A stretch of 64,000 nucleotides of DNA from Leptolyngbyaceae cyanobacterium. Its GTDB lineage: Bacteria; Cyanobacteriota; Cyanobacteriia; Phormidesmidales; Phormidesmidaceae. Position numbers and translations under genes: made by a program. Positions 38,031 through 46,693 of this stretch are shown here, in pieces (positions within the stretch are counted from its first letter, which is position 1; each line of letters begins with the position of its first letter). The notes under the pieces were generated by a model. It had not been told where the DNA came from, made no database searches, and saw nothing but the letters and a program-made list of their open reading frames with translations. The DNA is taken from NCBI GenBank assembly GCA_965263355.1, contig CBDHHL010000032.1, forward strand, positions 1,184,001 through 1,248,000, written 5' to 3'.

Positions 38031-39113
38031 CTAGTTGCCAATCTCTATCCAAATGCCTTGCTGGTTTAGGGATTGGCTAAGGGCTTCTAAGATGGCGACC
38101 AATTTTGTGCCGACAGACCCTGAGGATAAGGCAGATGGCTGATTGGTGACGGCACTTTGGACGAAGTGGTTACACATGGTGGCCAGGGGTTCTTGATTGG
38201 GGATTGGTACTGACTCGGTGTTTAACTTTGTAGGCTGAAATGTGTCGGTTTCTAACTCACCAAACTGCAGAGTTAGGGGAGAAGCCGGGCGCATTTCATC
38301 GAAGATCAGGCTACCGCGATCGCAAACCACGCTTAATAGCCGCTGTTTGTGGGGATTGGCCCAACATAGATGAATGGTCGCCTCAAAGCCACTGGCATAG
38401 CAGAGACGACACCAGACGACATCAGCTAGGGGCTTAGTTTGGTCCGAACGTTCTAGCCAGTTAAGCCCTTGGGCTTGAACACGGGTGGGAGTATCGCTCA
38501 GCCAATGGTTAAAAATAGCAATGTCATGAATTGCCAGATCCCAAAGCGCATCGACATCATGACGAACAGGCCCAAGATTCGTGCGGGCGGCATAGCCGTA
38601 ACGTGGAATCCCTAACCTGGCTAGGTGGGTCTTTGCTTGACCAACAGCGGGGTGAAAAAGATAGGTGTGGTCAATAAACAACTGCCGGTTTTGCTGCTGA
38701 GCCAGACGGCAGAGCGCTGCGGAGGTGTCAGCGGTTAGAGTCAGCGGTTTTTCGCAAAGGACGTGGAGCTGGTGTTTGAGGGCTGCAGTGACAATGGCTT
38801 CGTGGGTAGTGGCTGGTGTGGCGATCGCAACTGCGTTTAACCCGTCAATGTCCAAGGCAGGCTGCCAATTGGCTAACCGTACCACTGAGTCATCCAGACT
38901 AAATTTTTCGGCGATGGCCGTTAACCGCTCAGATGAGGGATCGATCACTGCGCGTACCTGAATTTTTGGATGGGCTAAAAAGTTGCGTAATAGGTGGGTG
39001 CCCCATCGTCCCACCCCCATAAGTGCCAGCTGAATTTGACCTGTATTTGGCTCCATGGCTATGTGCTCTTTAAATTGTCTATGGTCTGGCTGGCTGCAGT
39101 CCATTATGTGCAT
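38031..39113 (-). CDS. Gfo/Idh/MocA oxidoreductase (start probably ATG ~39056)
   Basis: GVGRWG, AVAIATPATTH, HVLCEKP, WDLAIHD. Confidence 0.9.
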   Translation of the reverse strand: MHIMDCSQPDHRQFKEHIAMEPNTGQIQLALMGVGRWGTHLLRNFLAHPKIQVRAVIDPSSERLTAIAEKFSLDDSVVRLANWQPALDIDGLNAVAIATPATTHEAIVTAALKHQLHVLCEKPLTLTADTSAALCRLAQQQNRQLFIDHTYLFHPAVGQAKTHLARLGIPRYGYAARTNLGPVRHDVDALWDLAIHDIAIFNHWLSDTPTRVQAQGLNWLERSDQTKPLADVVWCRLCYASGFEATIHLCWANPHKQRLLSVVCDRGSLIFDEMRPASPLTLQFGELETDTFQPTKLNTESVPIPNQEPLATMCNHFVQSAVTNQPSALSSGSVGTKLVAILEALSQSLNQQGIWIEIGN

Positions 39114-39197
39114 AGGCGGTGTCTAAACTGCCTGATTTTGATTTAAACCTTGTCCAAGTCCAAAACTGGAGTTTTTCCCTAGAAGAACCTAAAGGTT

Positions 39198-39977
39198 TTA
39201 ACTTGGACGTGGTTTAGGCGTAATTAAAGGCTCTAACTGTTGGTAGGCTTGCTGAGCTGCCTGTTGTTCTGCCTGTTTAATGGATGAGCCTTTACCATCT
39301 CCCCACAGTTTGCCCTGATAGTGTACCTGTGCATAAAAACGCTCTGGGTCACCATGGCGTTGGCTAATTTCTTTGACGGTATATTGAGGTAATTGTTTGT
39401 TGTGGGCCTGGGTCAGTTCTTGTAGGGCCGCCTTGTAATTTTGGCGGGCGGGATCATTTTTAATAGTTTGGGTGAGGCGCTCAAAGTAGCGATCTAGCCA
39501 GGGACGGATAAGACTCAGGTTATGGGTACTCAGGTATAGGGCCCCCAGGACTGCTTCAAAGGCGTCGGCCAGACGTGAATTTTGCCCGGCCCGGTCGCCA
39601 GCGGCACTGGTCGATATGTGTAGGTAGCGGCTAAAGTTGTATTCTTGGGCCAAAATTGCCAAATTACGATCGCTGACAAGTTGCGATCGCACTGCTGCCA
39701 TTTCCCCCACAGACATATGAGGATGGGCTGTTTGCAAAAACTCTGCTGCTGCCAGTCTTAAAGCTGCGTCGCCTAGAAATTCTAAAATTTCGTTATTGTG
39801 CTCAGCTGAACTAGAAATATCTACCAATGCCTGATGCAGCAAATCCCAGCGTACGGCTGCACTGTTGGTGAGTCCTAACTTCGCTATAAATTTTTCTAGG
39901 TCCCGTTGTCGTCGGGGATCATCTTGCAAGGTCCTCTGCGTATTGCCCTTTGCCTGTTGGCCATTCACCATTGACAC
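39198..39977 (-). CDS. rnc: Ribonuclease III (exact start uncertain)
   Basis: NEILEFLGDA signature, LADAFEAVLGALY, dsRBD NYKAALQE..G.G.SIKQAEQ.AA. Confidence 0.93.
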   Translation of the reverse strand: MSMVNGQQAKGNTQRTLQDDPRRQRDLEKFIAKLGLTNSAAVRWDLLHQALVDISSSAEHNNEILEFLGDAALRLAAAEFLQTAHPHMSVGEMAAVRSQLVSDRNLAILAQEYNFSRYLHISTSAAGDRAGQNSRLADAFEAVLGALYLSTHNLSLIRPWLDRYFERLTQTIKNDPARQNYKAALQELTQAHNKQLPQYTVKEISQRHGDPERFYAQVHYQGKLWGDGKGSSIKQAEQQAAQQAYQQLEPLITPKPRPS

Positions 39978-40017
39978 TTATTTGGTGGGCGTTGCCCACC
40001 CTCCTACCTGAAAAAAT

Positions 40018-40418
40018 GGAAAGAGTCAGCCGTAAGCCGGGTTCTGTTCTCGCTGATGTCATCATCAACGGGCGGTTATCTATCTGGGACGACTGTTACC
40101 AGTTGCCTCTAGCGGTACACCAAACACGGGGCTGGAAAAAGGTCAACCATGACCCCTGCGACCTTGCTCCTGGCCGGGGTTTACCGAGCCAGTACCTCTC
40201 GATACTGCTGGTGCGCTCTTACCGCACCTTTGCACCCTTACCTGTAGTGGACCTGCCACCCATCGGCGGTATGTTTCTGTGGCACTATCCTCACGGTCAC
40301 CCGCACTGGGAGTTACCCAGCAAGCCTGACCTTTCAGGAGCCCGGACTTTCCTCAAGCTAAGGGCTTAGCCCGCAAGCTAAACGCGCTTAGCCCGCAACC
40401 GCAGCACCAACTCTTTCC
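40018..40418 (-). ncRNA. rnpB: RNase P RNA (type A)
   Basis: Minus strand has GAGGAAAGUCCGGGCUCC, AGUGCCACAGAAA, GGUAAACCCC and ACAGAACCCGGCUUA; P1 ends pair (ggaaagag/ctctttcc); TATAGT just upstream. Confidence 0.97.
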
Positions 40419-40584
40419 GACTAACTATAATATCCCCTGCAGCGTCATGGTGAATTGGAGGATGCATTACAGCGGTTCTCGATTGAGATGAATCTATTCA
40501 GGGGGTATAAGTGAGTAGTGATTGAGGAGGTATTGAATACGGGTGAGAAACACTACATACCTACATTCATTGAGTGGATGTTGA

Positions 40585-40872
40585 CTATTGCAAATGAGGT
40601 AATAGCCCAGAACGTTCTAAGACAAGTTTGACTTGCTCATTTAGTCCCTTGGCAACAATCTTTCCACCAGCTCGATTAGATTGTAAAACGCCTTCCCATA
40701 GTACAGATGCAGCTTCAGGTTCGAGAAATTTTGTTTTTGCCATGTCAATGATCAGAACAACACCGGGCTGAATCTTTTGCTTTAAATCTTTCTCAAAAAA
40801 TGGTGTGATAAAGCTATCGACACGACTGGGTAAACGGATGACTGTGTAAGCAGAATGCGAGCTTGTATACAT
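40585..40872 (-). CDS. STAS-domain anti-sigma-factor antagonist
   Basis: LIIDMAKTKFL, GLNEQVKLVLERSGL. Confidence 0.8.
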   Translation of the reverse strand: MYTSSHSAYTVIRLPSRVDSFITPFFEKDLKQKIQPGVVLIIDMAKTKFLEPEAASVLWEGVLQSNRAGGKIVAKGLNEQVKLVLERSGLLPHLQ

Positions 40873-41106
40873 ATTTGATAAACGTTACTCAGTACAGGAC
40901 TACTGTAAGTGAAATGCTCTAGGCCAGCCCTGAGGCGTTTTACGGAGATACGGAGTTCATTCGATAAAGTTTGACGTATTTAGCGGTTTGTCAAAACTGC
41001 GCCTCCTAAAAAATACTGAAAATTTCGCAGTGTCAACAGGCTTAATGTTGCATTGCATGATGTATGCCATGGATTGCGAGTGCACAGTAAATTTGCGATC
41101 AATCTC

Positions 41107-41131
41107 ACTCAAACTCATCATGAGTTTGAGT
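41107..41131. promoter_or_regulatory. Perfect 12-1-12 palindrome upstream of the ZIP transporter (candidate operator)
   Basis: actcaaactcat-c-atgagtttgagt, 31 bp before the ATG. Confidence 0.6.
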
Positions 41132-41162
41132 TAAGATAAAGGCCTGAGTTGGCGATCTTTTT

Positions 41163-41927
41163 ATGGAACATCTGTCTCAATCCTGGTCTAGTGTTTCCCC
41201 TGATGTCGTAAGCGATGGGGTGATATCTAGCTTTTTGGCTAGCTTGGGTACTGGAATCGGAGCAATTCCAGTGCTTTTTGTCTCACAGCTAAGCGAACGT
41301 TGGAAAGCCTTACTGTTGAGTGTAGGTAGTGGTGTAATGCTATCGGCGGCAGCGTTTTCGTTGTTGATACCAGCATTGTTTCTGGCTGGCAATGGGTTGG
41401 GGGCCGTTGAAGTTGTCACTGCTGTTATGGTAGGGGCAGTAATTTTCTATGGTTTAGAGCGCTTGCTGCCAGAACCAGAATTAGAGCATGAGGCGCACTT
41501 GCGTCATATTTGGCTATTTGTGTTGGCCATTGCCTTGCATCATTTTCCAGAAGGTTTGGCCGTTGGTGTGGGAACGGCGTCTACCCACGATGCGAGTATT
41601 GCAATTGGGGTGGCTTTGCAAAACCTACCCGAAGGATTGATGGTGGCTATAGCCCTGCGACAGTTGGGCTATGGTGCTGGACTATCGCTGGGGGTGGCGG
41701 TTGTGTCTGGTTGGTTAGAGCCCCTGGGCGGTTTATTTGGAGTGGTTTTAGTGAATTGGGGTAGTGCGATCGCGCCCATTGGTATGGCGTTAGCTGCTGG
41801 GGCAATGCTCTTTGTAGTACTCCATGAGTTGCTGCCCGAACTGAATTTGAAGACGTTAAACAGCAGTGGATCAGTGGGTTTATTGGCCGGGGTAGTGATG
41901 ATGGGAATGGTGGAGCAGTTACTTTAA
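41163..41927 (+). CDS. ZIP (ZupT/GufA-like) metal transporter
   Basis: GVMLSAA..SL, LHHFPEGLAVG, LQNLPEG, AGAML.VV..ELLPE. Confidence 0.9.
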   Translation: MEHLSQSWSSVSPDVVSDGVISSFLASLGTGIGAIPVLFVSQLSERWKALLLSVGSGVMLSAAAFSLLIPALFLAGNGLGAVEVVTAVMVGAVIFYGLERLLPEPELEHEAHLRHIWLFVLAIALHHFPEGLAVGVGTASTHDASIAIGVALQNLPEGLMVAIALRQLGYGAGLSLGVAVVSGWLEPLGGLFGVVLVNWGSAIAPIGMALAAGAMLFVVLHELLPELNLKTLNSSGSVGLLAGVVMMGMVEQLL

Positions 41928-42136
41928 ATCTCGCAGATACCTTCGTTTTTTATGTCGTTAAATTGTTCAATGTGGTCTAGATGGATGATGGTATCATTAT
42001 CGAGAAACCCGATTAAAAGTGGATAATCCTGTAGGGGCAATCCCTTGTGGATGCCTTTCGATGCCGGACGCTATCAAGCAGGATTTCGTATAAGGTAAGG
42101 AGTGAAGTTCTTTAGCATCCTCCTATGCGGTCAAAA

Positions 42137-42177
42137 TTAACCCACCATAGAGGGACTCTACCCCGATGGTGGGTTAA
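42137..42177. terminator. Hairpin between convergent ZIP and flotillin operons
   Basis: ttaacccaccat ... atggtgggttaa. Confidence 0.6.
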
Positions 42178-42215
42178 GCGTTTCTAAGTGTTTTCAGGCT
42201 AATATCTGGGCGTTA

Positions 42216-43466
42216 CTATTTACCCTCTGGCAATTGTTGGGAGCCACTGGCTAGATTATTTACGGCGCTAGCAATGTCCAGCCCCGTTGTCTGTTTGAGT
42301 TGCTCGATAATGGCAATTGCCTGTTTGGCGGTTCCCCCTGTTTGGCCATCGATCATGGTGACATTCTGAATATTCACATCAGGTACTGTAGCGCTCAGGG
42401 TTTTTAACAACATTTCCAGCTTTTGTAACAGGAAAATATCACGGGCATTACCCCCAGCTGCACGCCAGGACTCAGCCAGCTGTTTGGTACCTTCTGCTTG
42501 GGCTTTGCCGTCTTCAATAATCTGGGCAGCATCCCCTTTTGCTTCTGCCATGGCTCGCTTACACTCAGCCTCAGCAGGGGCGACCACGTCTGCTTTGAGT
42601 TGTTCCGTGACCTGCTTGATTCGTTCCTGCTGTACTGGAATCTCAGACTGAATGCGAACGAGTTCAGAGGCAATTTCAGCTTCTACCTCGGCCACGACAG
42701 CACCCCGCTTGGTCAGGGCGTCTTGAATCCGACGCTCGGCTTCGGCTTCGGCAATGCCAGTATCCCGCTCAATCCGACGTACAGAGGTGAGCTTTTCATT
42801 CTCAGCCGTTTGAATGGCGGATGCTGATTGGGCATTGGCTTCGGCAATGCGGGCATCACGCTGTAGTTGAGCCTGCTGTTTACGACCGATAGAATCAAGG
42901 TAGCGTACGTTGTCAGAAATATTTTGAATTTGGAGGGTGTCAAGCACTAGTCCTAGCTTTTCAAGATCCTCTTCAGCTTCATCTAAGAGACTTTTGGCAA
43001 AGGCAATTTTGTCTTCGTTGACTTGCTCTGGGGTTAGACTAGCCAATACGCCTCGCAAGTTGCCTTCCAGGGTCTCTTTAGCAATTTTTTCAATCTCCTT
43101 TCGGCTCTTACCCAACAGTCTTTCGATAGCATTGTGGATAGCGGGTTCTTCGCCAGCAACCTTGATGTTAGCAACGCCATCTACCTGCAGTGGAATACCT
43201 CCTTTTGAGTAGGCGTTGGTGACCTTTAGCTCGATGATCATATTGGTGAGGTCCATGCGTAGCGCCTTTTCTAATAAGGGTTTACGAATGCTACTGCCGC
43301 CTTTGACTAAGCGATAGCCGACCTTTTTTTGCCCTAACCGTTTTTGAGCGCCTGCAAAGATCAGTACCTCGTTGGGCTGGCAAATATAATAAAGGTTGCG
43401 AATGATTAGGGAGATAACTCCTGTACCACCGCCGAGAATAACGAGTAAAAGAACTAAACCTGGCAT
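42216..43466 (-). CDS. Flotillin/SPFH family protein
   Basis: C.PNEVLIF.G, AIERLLGK, ETLEGNLRGVLA.LTPEQVNED, AE-rich coiled tail. Confidence 0.92.
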   Translation of the reverse strand: MPGLVLLLVILGGGTGVISLIIRNLYYICQPNEVLIFAGAQKRLGQKKVGYRLVKGGSSIRKPLLEKALRMDLTNMIIELKVTNAYSKGGIPLQVDGVANIKVAGEEPAIHNAIERLLGKSRKEIEKIAKETLEGNLRGVLASLTPEQVNEDKIAFAKSLLDEAEEDLEKLGLVLDTLQIQNISDNVRYLDSIGRKQQAQLQRDARIAEANAQSASAIQTAENEKLTSVRRIERDTGIAEAEAERRIQDALTKRGAVVAEVEAEIASELVRIQSEIPVQQERIKQVTEQLKADVVAPAEAECKRAMAEAKGDAAQIIEDGKAQAEGTKQLAESWRAAGGNARDIFLLQKLEMLLKTLSATVPDVNIQNVTMIDGQTGGTAKQAIAIIEQLKQTTGLDIASAVNNLASGSQQLPEGK

Positions 43467-44935
43467 TAGTTACTGCCCTCCATGTTGGGCTCTATAGTTG
43501 TTGTGTTAGTGGTTGTATTACTTGCGGCAGCAGGTTCTAGCTGACGTTGAAAGTTTTGGTGCAGGGTACCGGTAACGTCGATACCTAGGGTGTCGTCTAC
43601 CTGTTTGAGGAACTGACGGACAATGTCGGGATAGATATTGACGAGACTGGCAATGGACTGACCGTCGCCGTTGTCGATGACGTTGACATTTTTGAGATGA
43701 ATGCGACCGGGAATCTTTGCAGCTTCCCTGAGTACCATGTCAATTTGCTGTATCAAAAAGACCTGAGTGGCATCCGTACCCGTTTCAGCCCAGACCTTGG
43801 CCAGCATGTTGTTAACGAGGGCAGCGGCTTTGGCATTCTCTTCTAGCGCTGCTGCTTGTCCCTTAGCATAGAGTTCCTGGGCTTGTTTGGCAGCTTGGGC
43901 AGGCAGGACTTCGTCAGCTTGTAGACGCAGGCGTTCAAGTTCAGCCCGTACGGTTTGTAGCTGTTGTTCTGCCCGTGCCCGTGCTTCTTTTGCAGCTGCC
44001 GTGGTGCGTTCTTCTTCTGATTTGGCCCGTTCCTCTAGCTCAGCTTTAATTTTACGCAGTTGGTTTTGCTTTTCCTGTACTACAGTGAGAGCTTGTGTTC
44101 TGGCAACTTCCGCCTGCTTTTGGCAGTCTGCTTCAATCCTGTCAGCTTCACCAACGGCTTCAGCTTCAGCAATTTCGGCATCGCGAATGATATTAGCGAT
44201 GCGACGACGACCGATGGAGCTAAGGTAGTCAACATCATCGGTGACACTTTGAATCTTTAAGGTGTCTAGATGCAGGCCCAGTTTGCCCAGGTCTTTGGCT
44301 ACATCAGCGGCAATCCGTTCTGCGAAGTTGAGCCGATCTTCGTTTACCTGTTCTGGGGTAAGTAGGGCGACAACACCTCGAAGGTTACCTTCTAAGGTTT
44401 CGCGGACTACCCGACGAATTTCTGAGCGGTTGCGACCTAGAAAGCGCTCAATGGCGTTGCCGACAACGCTGCGATCGCTAGAAATTTTGACATTAGCGAT
44501 GGCCTGAATATTCAGCGGTGTGCCTCCCTTGGCATAGGCATTGGTCACCTCAACCGGGATTGGCATGGTGGTCATGTCCATGCTTTGCACCTGTTCAATA
44601 ATAGGTACTACCAGAGTGCGACCGCCAAAAACAACCCGATAGCCAACAGTCTGGCCTCGTTTATTTTTGTATTTGCGACCCGAGATAATTAAGATCTGAT
44701 TGGGGTTACAAATGCGTAAACAGGTCTTGAGCACTATGATTAATGCACCAACGCCAAGTAGACCGAGGACCAGCGCACTACCGCCTAATATGGCACCTGC
44801 CTGGGCTGTATTTTGACTGGCCTGAGTAATGGGCAAAGCCTGGGCCACTTCGTAACTCGCTATTTCGGCCTGGGCCGATGTGTTTTGGTCACTTGCTGGT
44901 GTAGTCTGCCCCAGCAAGAGTGAAGGGTGTGTCAT
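43466..44935 (-). CDS. Flotillin/SPFH family protein (second paralog)
   Basis: AIERFLGR, ETLEGNLRGVVALLTPEQVNED. Confidence 0.92.
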   Translation of the reverse strand: MTHPSLLLGQTTPASDQNTSAQAEIASYEVAQALPITQASQNTAQAGAILGGSALVLGLLGVGALIIVLKTCLRICNPNQILIISGRKYKNKRGQTVGYRVVFGGRTLVVPIIEQVQSMDMTTMPIPVEVTNAYAKGGTPLNIQAIANVKISSDRSVVGNAIERFLGRNRSEIRRVVRETLEGNLRGVVALLTPEQVNEDRLNFAERIAADVAKDLGKLGLHLDTLKIQSVTDDVDYLSSIGRRRIANIIRDAEIAEAEAVGEADRIEADCQKQAEVARTQALTVVQEKQNQLRKIKAELEERAKSEEERTTAAAKEARARAEQQLQTVRAELERLRLQADEVLPAQAAKQAQELYAKGQAAALEENAKAAALVNNMLAKVWAETGTDATQVFLIQQIDMVLREAAKIPGRIHLKNVNVIDNGDGQSIASLVNIYPDIVRQFLKQVDDTLGIDVTGTLHQNFQRQLEPAAASNTTTNTTTIEPNMEGSN

Positions 44936-44958
44936 AGGTATGAATAGATCAGTGTAGG

Positions 44959-45636
44959 TTAGTTCTGCTGAGCAGCAGTTTCGTCAGAAACGACCCAAAG
45001 GCGATTTTTCTCGACATTAACGACGAGCACTTTGTCCCCCGGTACGAATTGTTTGGTATCGTCCGTTAATGCCATCATGTGCAATGTACTACCACGTATT
45101 TCCAGGCGTACTTTGCCCTTGCTTTTGGCATCAAAGGGCAGTTCTACGATGCCCAACCGTCCGGCAAAATCTTCGGTACGAATAAGACTATCGGCATGGC
45201 GACGGGCCAGGTGACGAAGGACAATTGCCAGGGAACCCCCTAGCAAAATGCCCATAATCAGGGCGACGCTGAAGATGATTGAACTAGGCCAGTTTGGCTG
45301 GACCCAACCGAGGCTAAGGCCAGTCAGGCCAAAGAAAAATCCACCGACGGTCCAGAATTTGAAACTGGTCAGGATGTTAAGGCTAAAGACGTAAGCTCCT
45401 TTAACTTTGCGCAGGAGCTGGAGGTCAGTGTCTATTTCGGCATCAAAGCCAGTTCCTGCACTCATATCTGGTGCATCGCCGTCGATGTCCACATCACCGT
45501 CGAGGTCTAGATCCGCATCTAGATCCACATCGGCATCAAAGTCGGCATCGAAATCGGCATCACCGGCACCGCCTAGAGCTGCGATCGCAACAAAGACGCC
45601 GCCAATGACAAAACAAAACCAGTAAATTGACTGCAC
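44959..45636 (-). CDS. NfeD-like (YuaF/YqiJ-type) membrane protein
   Basis: N-terminal TM, Asp-rich linker, C-terminal OB fold (GKVRLEIRG..A..D...GDKVLVV); upstream of flotillins. Confidence 0.85.
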   Translation of the reverse strand: MQSIYWFCFVIGGVFVAIAALGGAGDADFDADFDADVDLDADLDLDGDVDIDGDAPDMSAGTGFDAEIDTDLQLLRKVKGAYVFSLNILTSFKFWTVGGFFFGLTGLSLGWVQPNWPSSIIFSVALIMGILLGGSLAIVLRHLARRHADSLIRTEDFAGRLGIVELPFDAKSKGKVRLEIRGSTLHMMALTDDTKQFVPGDKVLVVNVEKNRLWVVSDETAAQQN

Positions 45637-45758
45637 GGTATCTCCTTAGGGGTTCATTCCCTAGTGATAGTCAGATACAGTCTGTGACCTTAAAATTCCT
45701 GACAATTTTTAATGTTCTGTAGGGTTGGCACGGGCCACCACTCCTTGCAGCAGAAATG

Positions 45759-46541
45759 TTACCCAATATTGTCCGGATCCACACCCATTTCCCGCAGCTT
45801 TGCCTGTAACTGCTCCAATTTTTTCTGAGTTTCTAGTTGTGCTTGTTCTGCCATTTCAGCCCGCTGTCGTTCTTCTTCAGCCCGCTGCCGTTCTTCTTCA
45901 GCTGTTCGTTCTGCCTGTTGTCGAGCCAGGGCTTCTTGCTTAAGTGCTACAGCCAGTTCACTGGGGATCAACAGGCGTTCATCGTTATCCTGACGGTAAA
46001 AGCCAATCAGCTGTCCTTCATGCACGAGACGCAGTTGCAATGGTTCACTGATACTGTCGCTGATCGGTTCGTAATAGGGTTCTTCGGGACCGTTCCGTAG
46101 ACGATATCCCTGTAGGGCAGGCTCTAACCATTCAGCTTTGGGATCAAACAGCCAATATTCTTGAACACCCAGCTGGGCATAGAGAGTTTTCTTAAATACT
46201 TCATCTTTACTGCGAGTTCCTTGAGAGGTCATTTCAAAAATAACCGAGGGAACTTCCCCTTCTTGCCAGATTTTATAGTTGTCTCGACCGCCAGGTTCTA
46301 CGCCAAAGATAACCATGACATCTGGAGCCACACGCAGCTTAGGATAGCCTTGGGCATAGTACATAAACTGGTTGCCGAGCACCGTGGCCTGTTGCCCCTG
46401 AAGGTATTGGGTCAATACCTCAATAGTGACCAACATGGCATAGAGATGGACAAATGTTTCAGCCACAGGTTTGCCGTCAGAACTGGGATAGACAACGGTA
46501 GATTCTGCCTCAGTTTGAGGTCTATGAACAGTAGTCACCAT
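45759..46541 (-). CDS. Uma2 family endonuclease with AEEERQR-repeat coiled tail
   Basis: YPSSDGKPVAE, VAPDVMV, PSVIFEMTS, LGVQEYWLFDP. Confidence 0.9.
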   Translation of the reverse strand: MVTTVHRPQTEAESTVVYPSSDGKPVAETFVHLYAMLVTIEVLTQYLQGQQATVLGNQFMYYAQGYPKLRVAPDVMVIFGVEPGGRDNYKIWQEGEVPSVIFEMTSQGTRSKDEVFKKTLYAQLGVQEYWLFDPKAEWLEPALQGYRLRNGPEEPYYEPISDSISEPLQLRLVHEGQLIGFYRQDNDERLLIPSELAVALKQEALARQQAERTAEEERQRAEEERQRAEMAEQAQLETQKKLEQLQAKLREMGVDPDNIG

Positions 46542-46583
46542 AGCCCACCTAGCGAATAGATGTACTTATCATACTTGCAAAAT

Positions 46584-46619
46584 ACATACGCTGCCGTCCG
46601 TTGGGATAGCAGCGTATGT
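46584..46619 (-). terminator. Hairpin downstream of the EF-G paralog
   Basis: acatacgctgc ... gcagcgtatgt. Confidence 0.55.
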
Positions 46620-46693
46620 CATAAGGGGAACGAACTCCGAACTCCGAATTCTACACTAGGGAAATCGTCCCGGATTAATTAAGTTGATACCCG

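Noticed and set aside
39950..40369. 139-aa ORF
   Set aside because: Antisense to rnpB; shadow ORF.
45470..45565. Asp-rich repeat in the NfeD-like protein
   Set aside because: Low-complexity acidic linkers are usual in this family; the NfeD-flotillin operon is already described.
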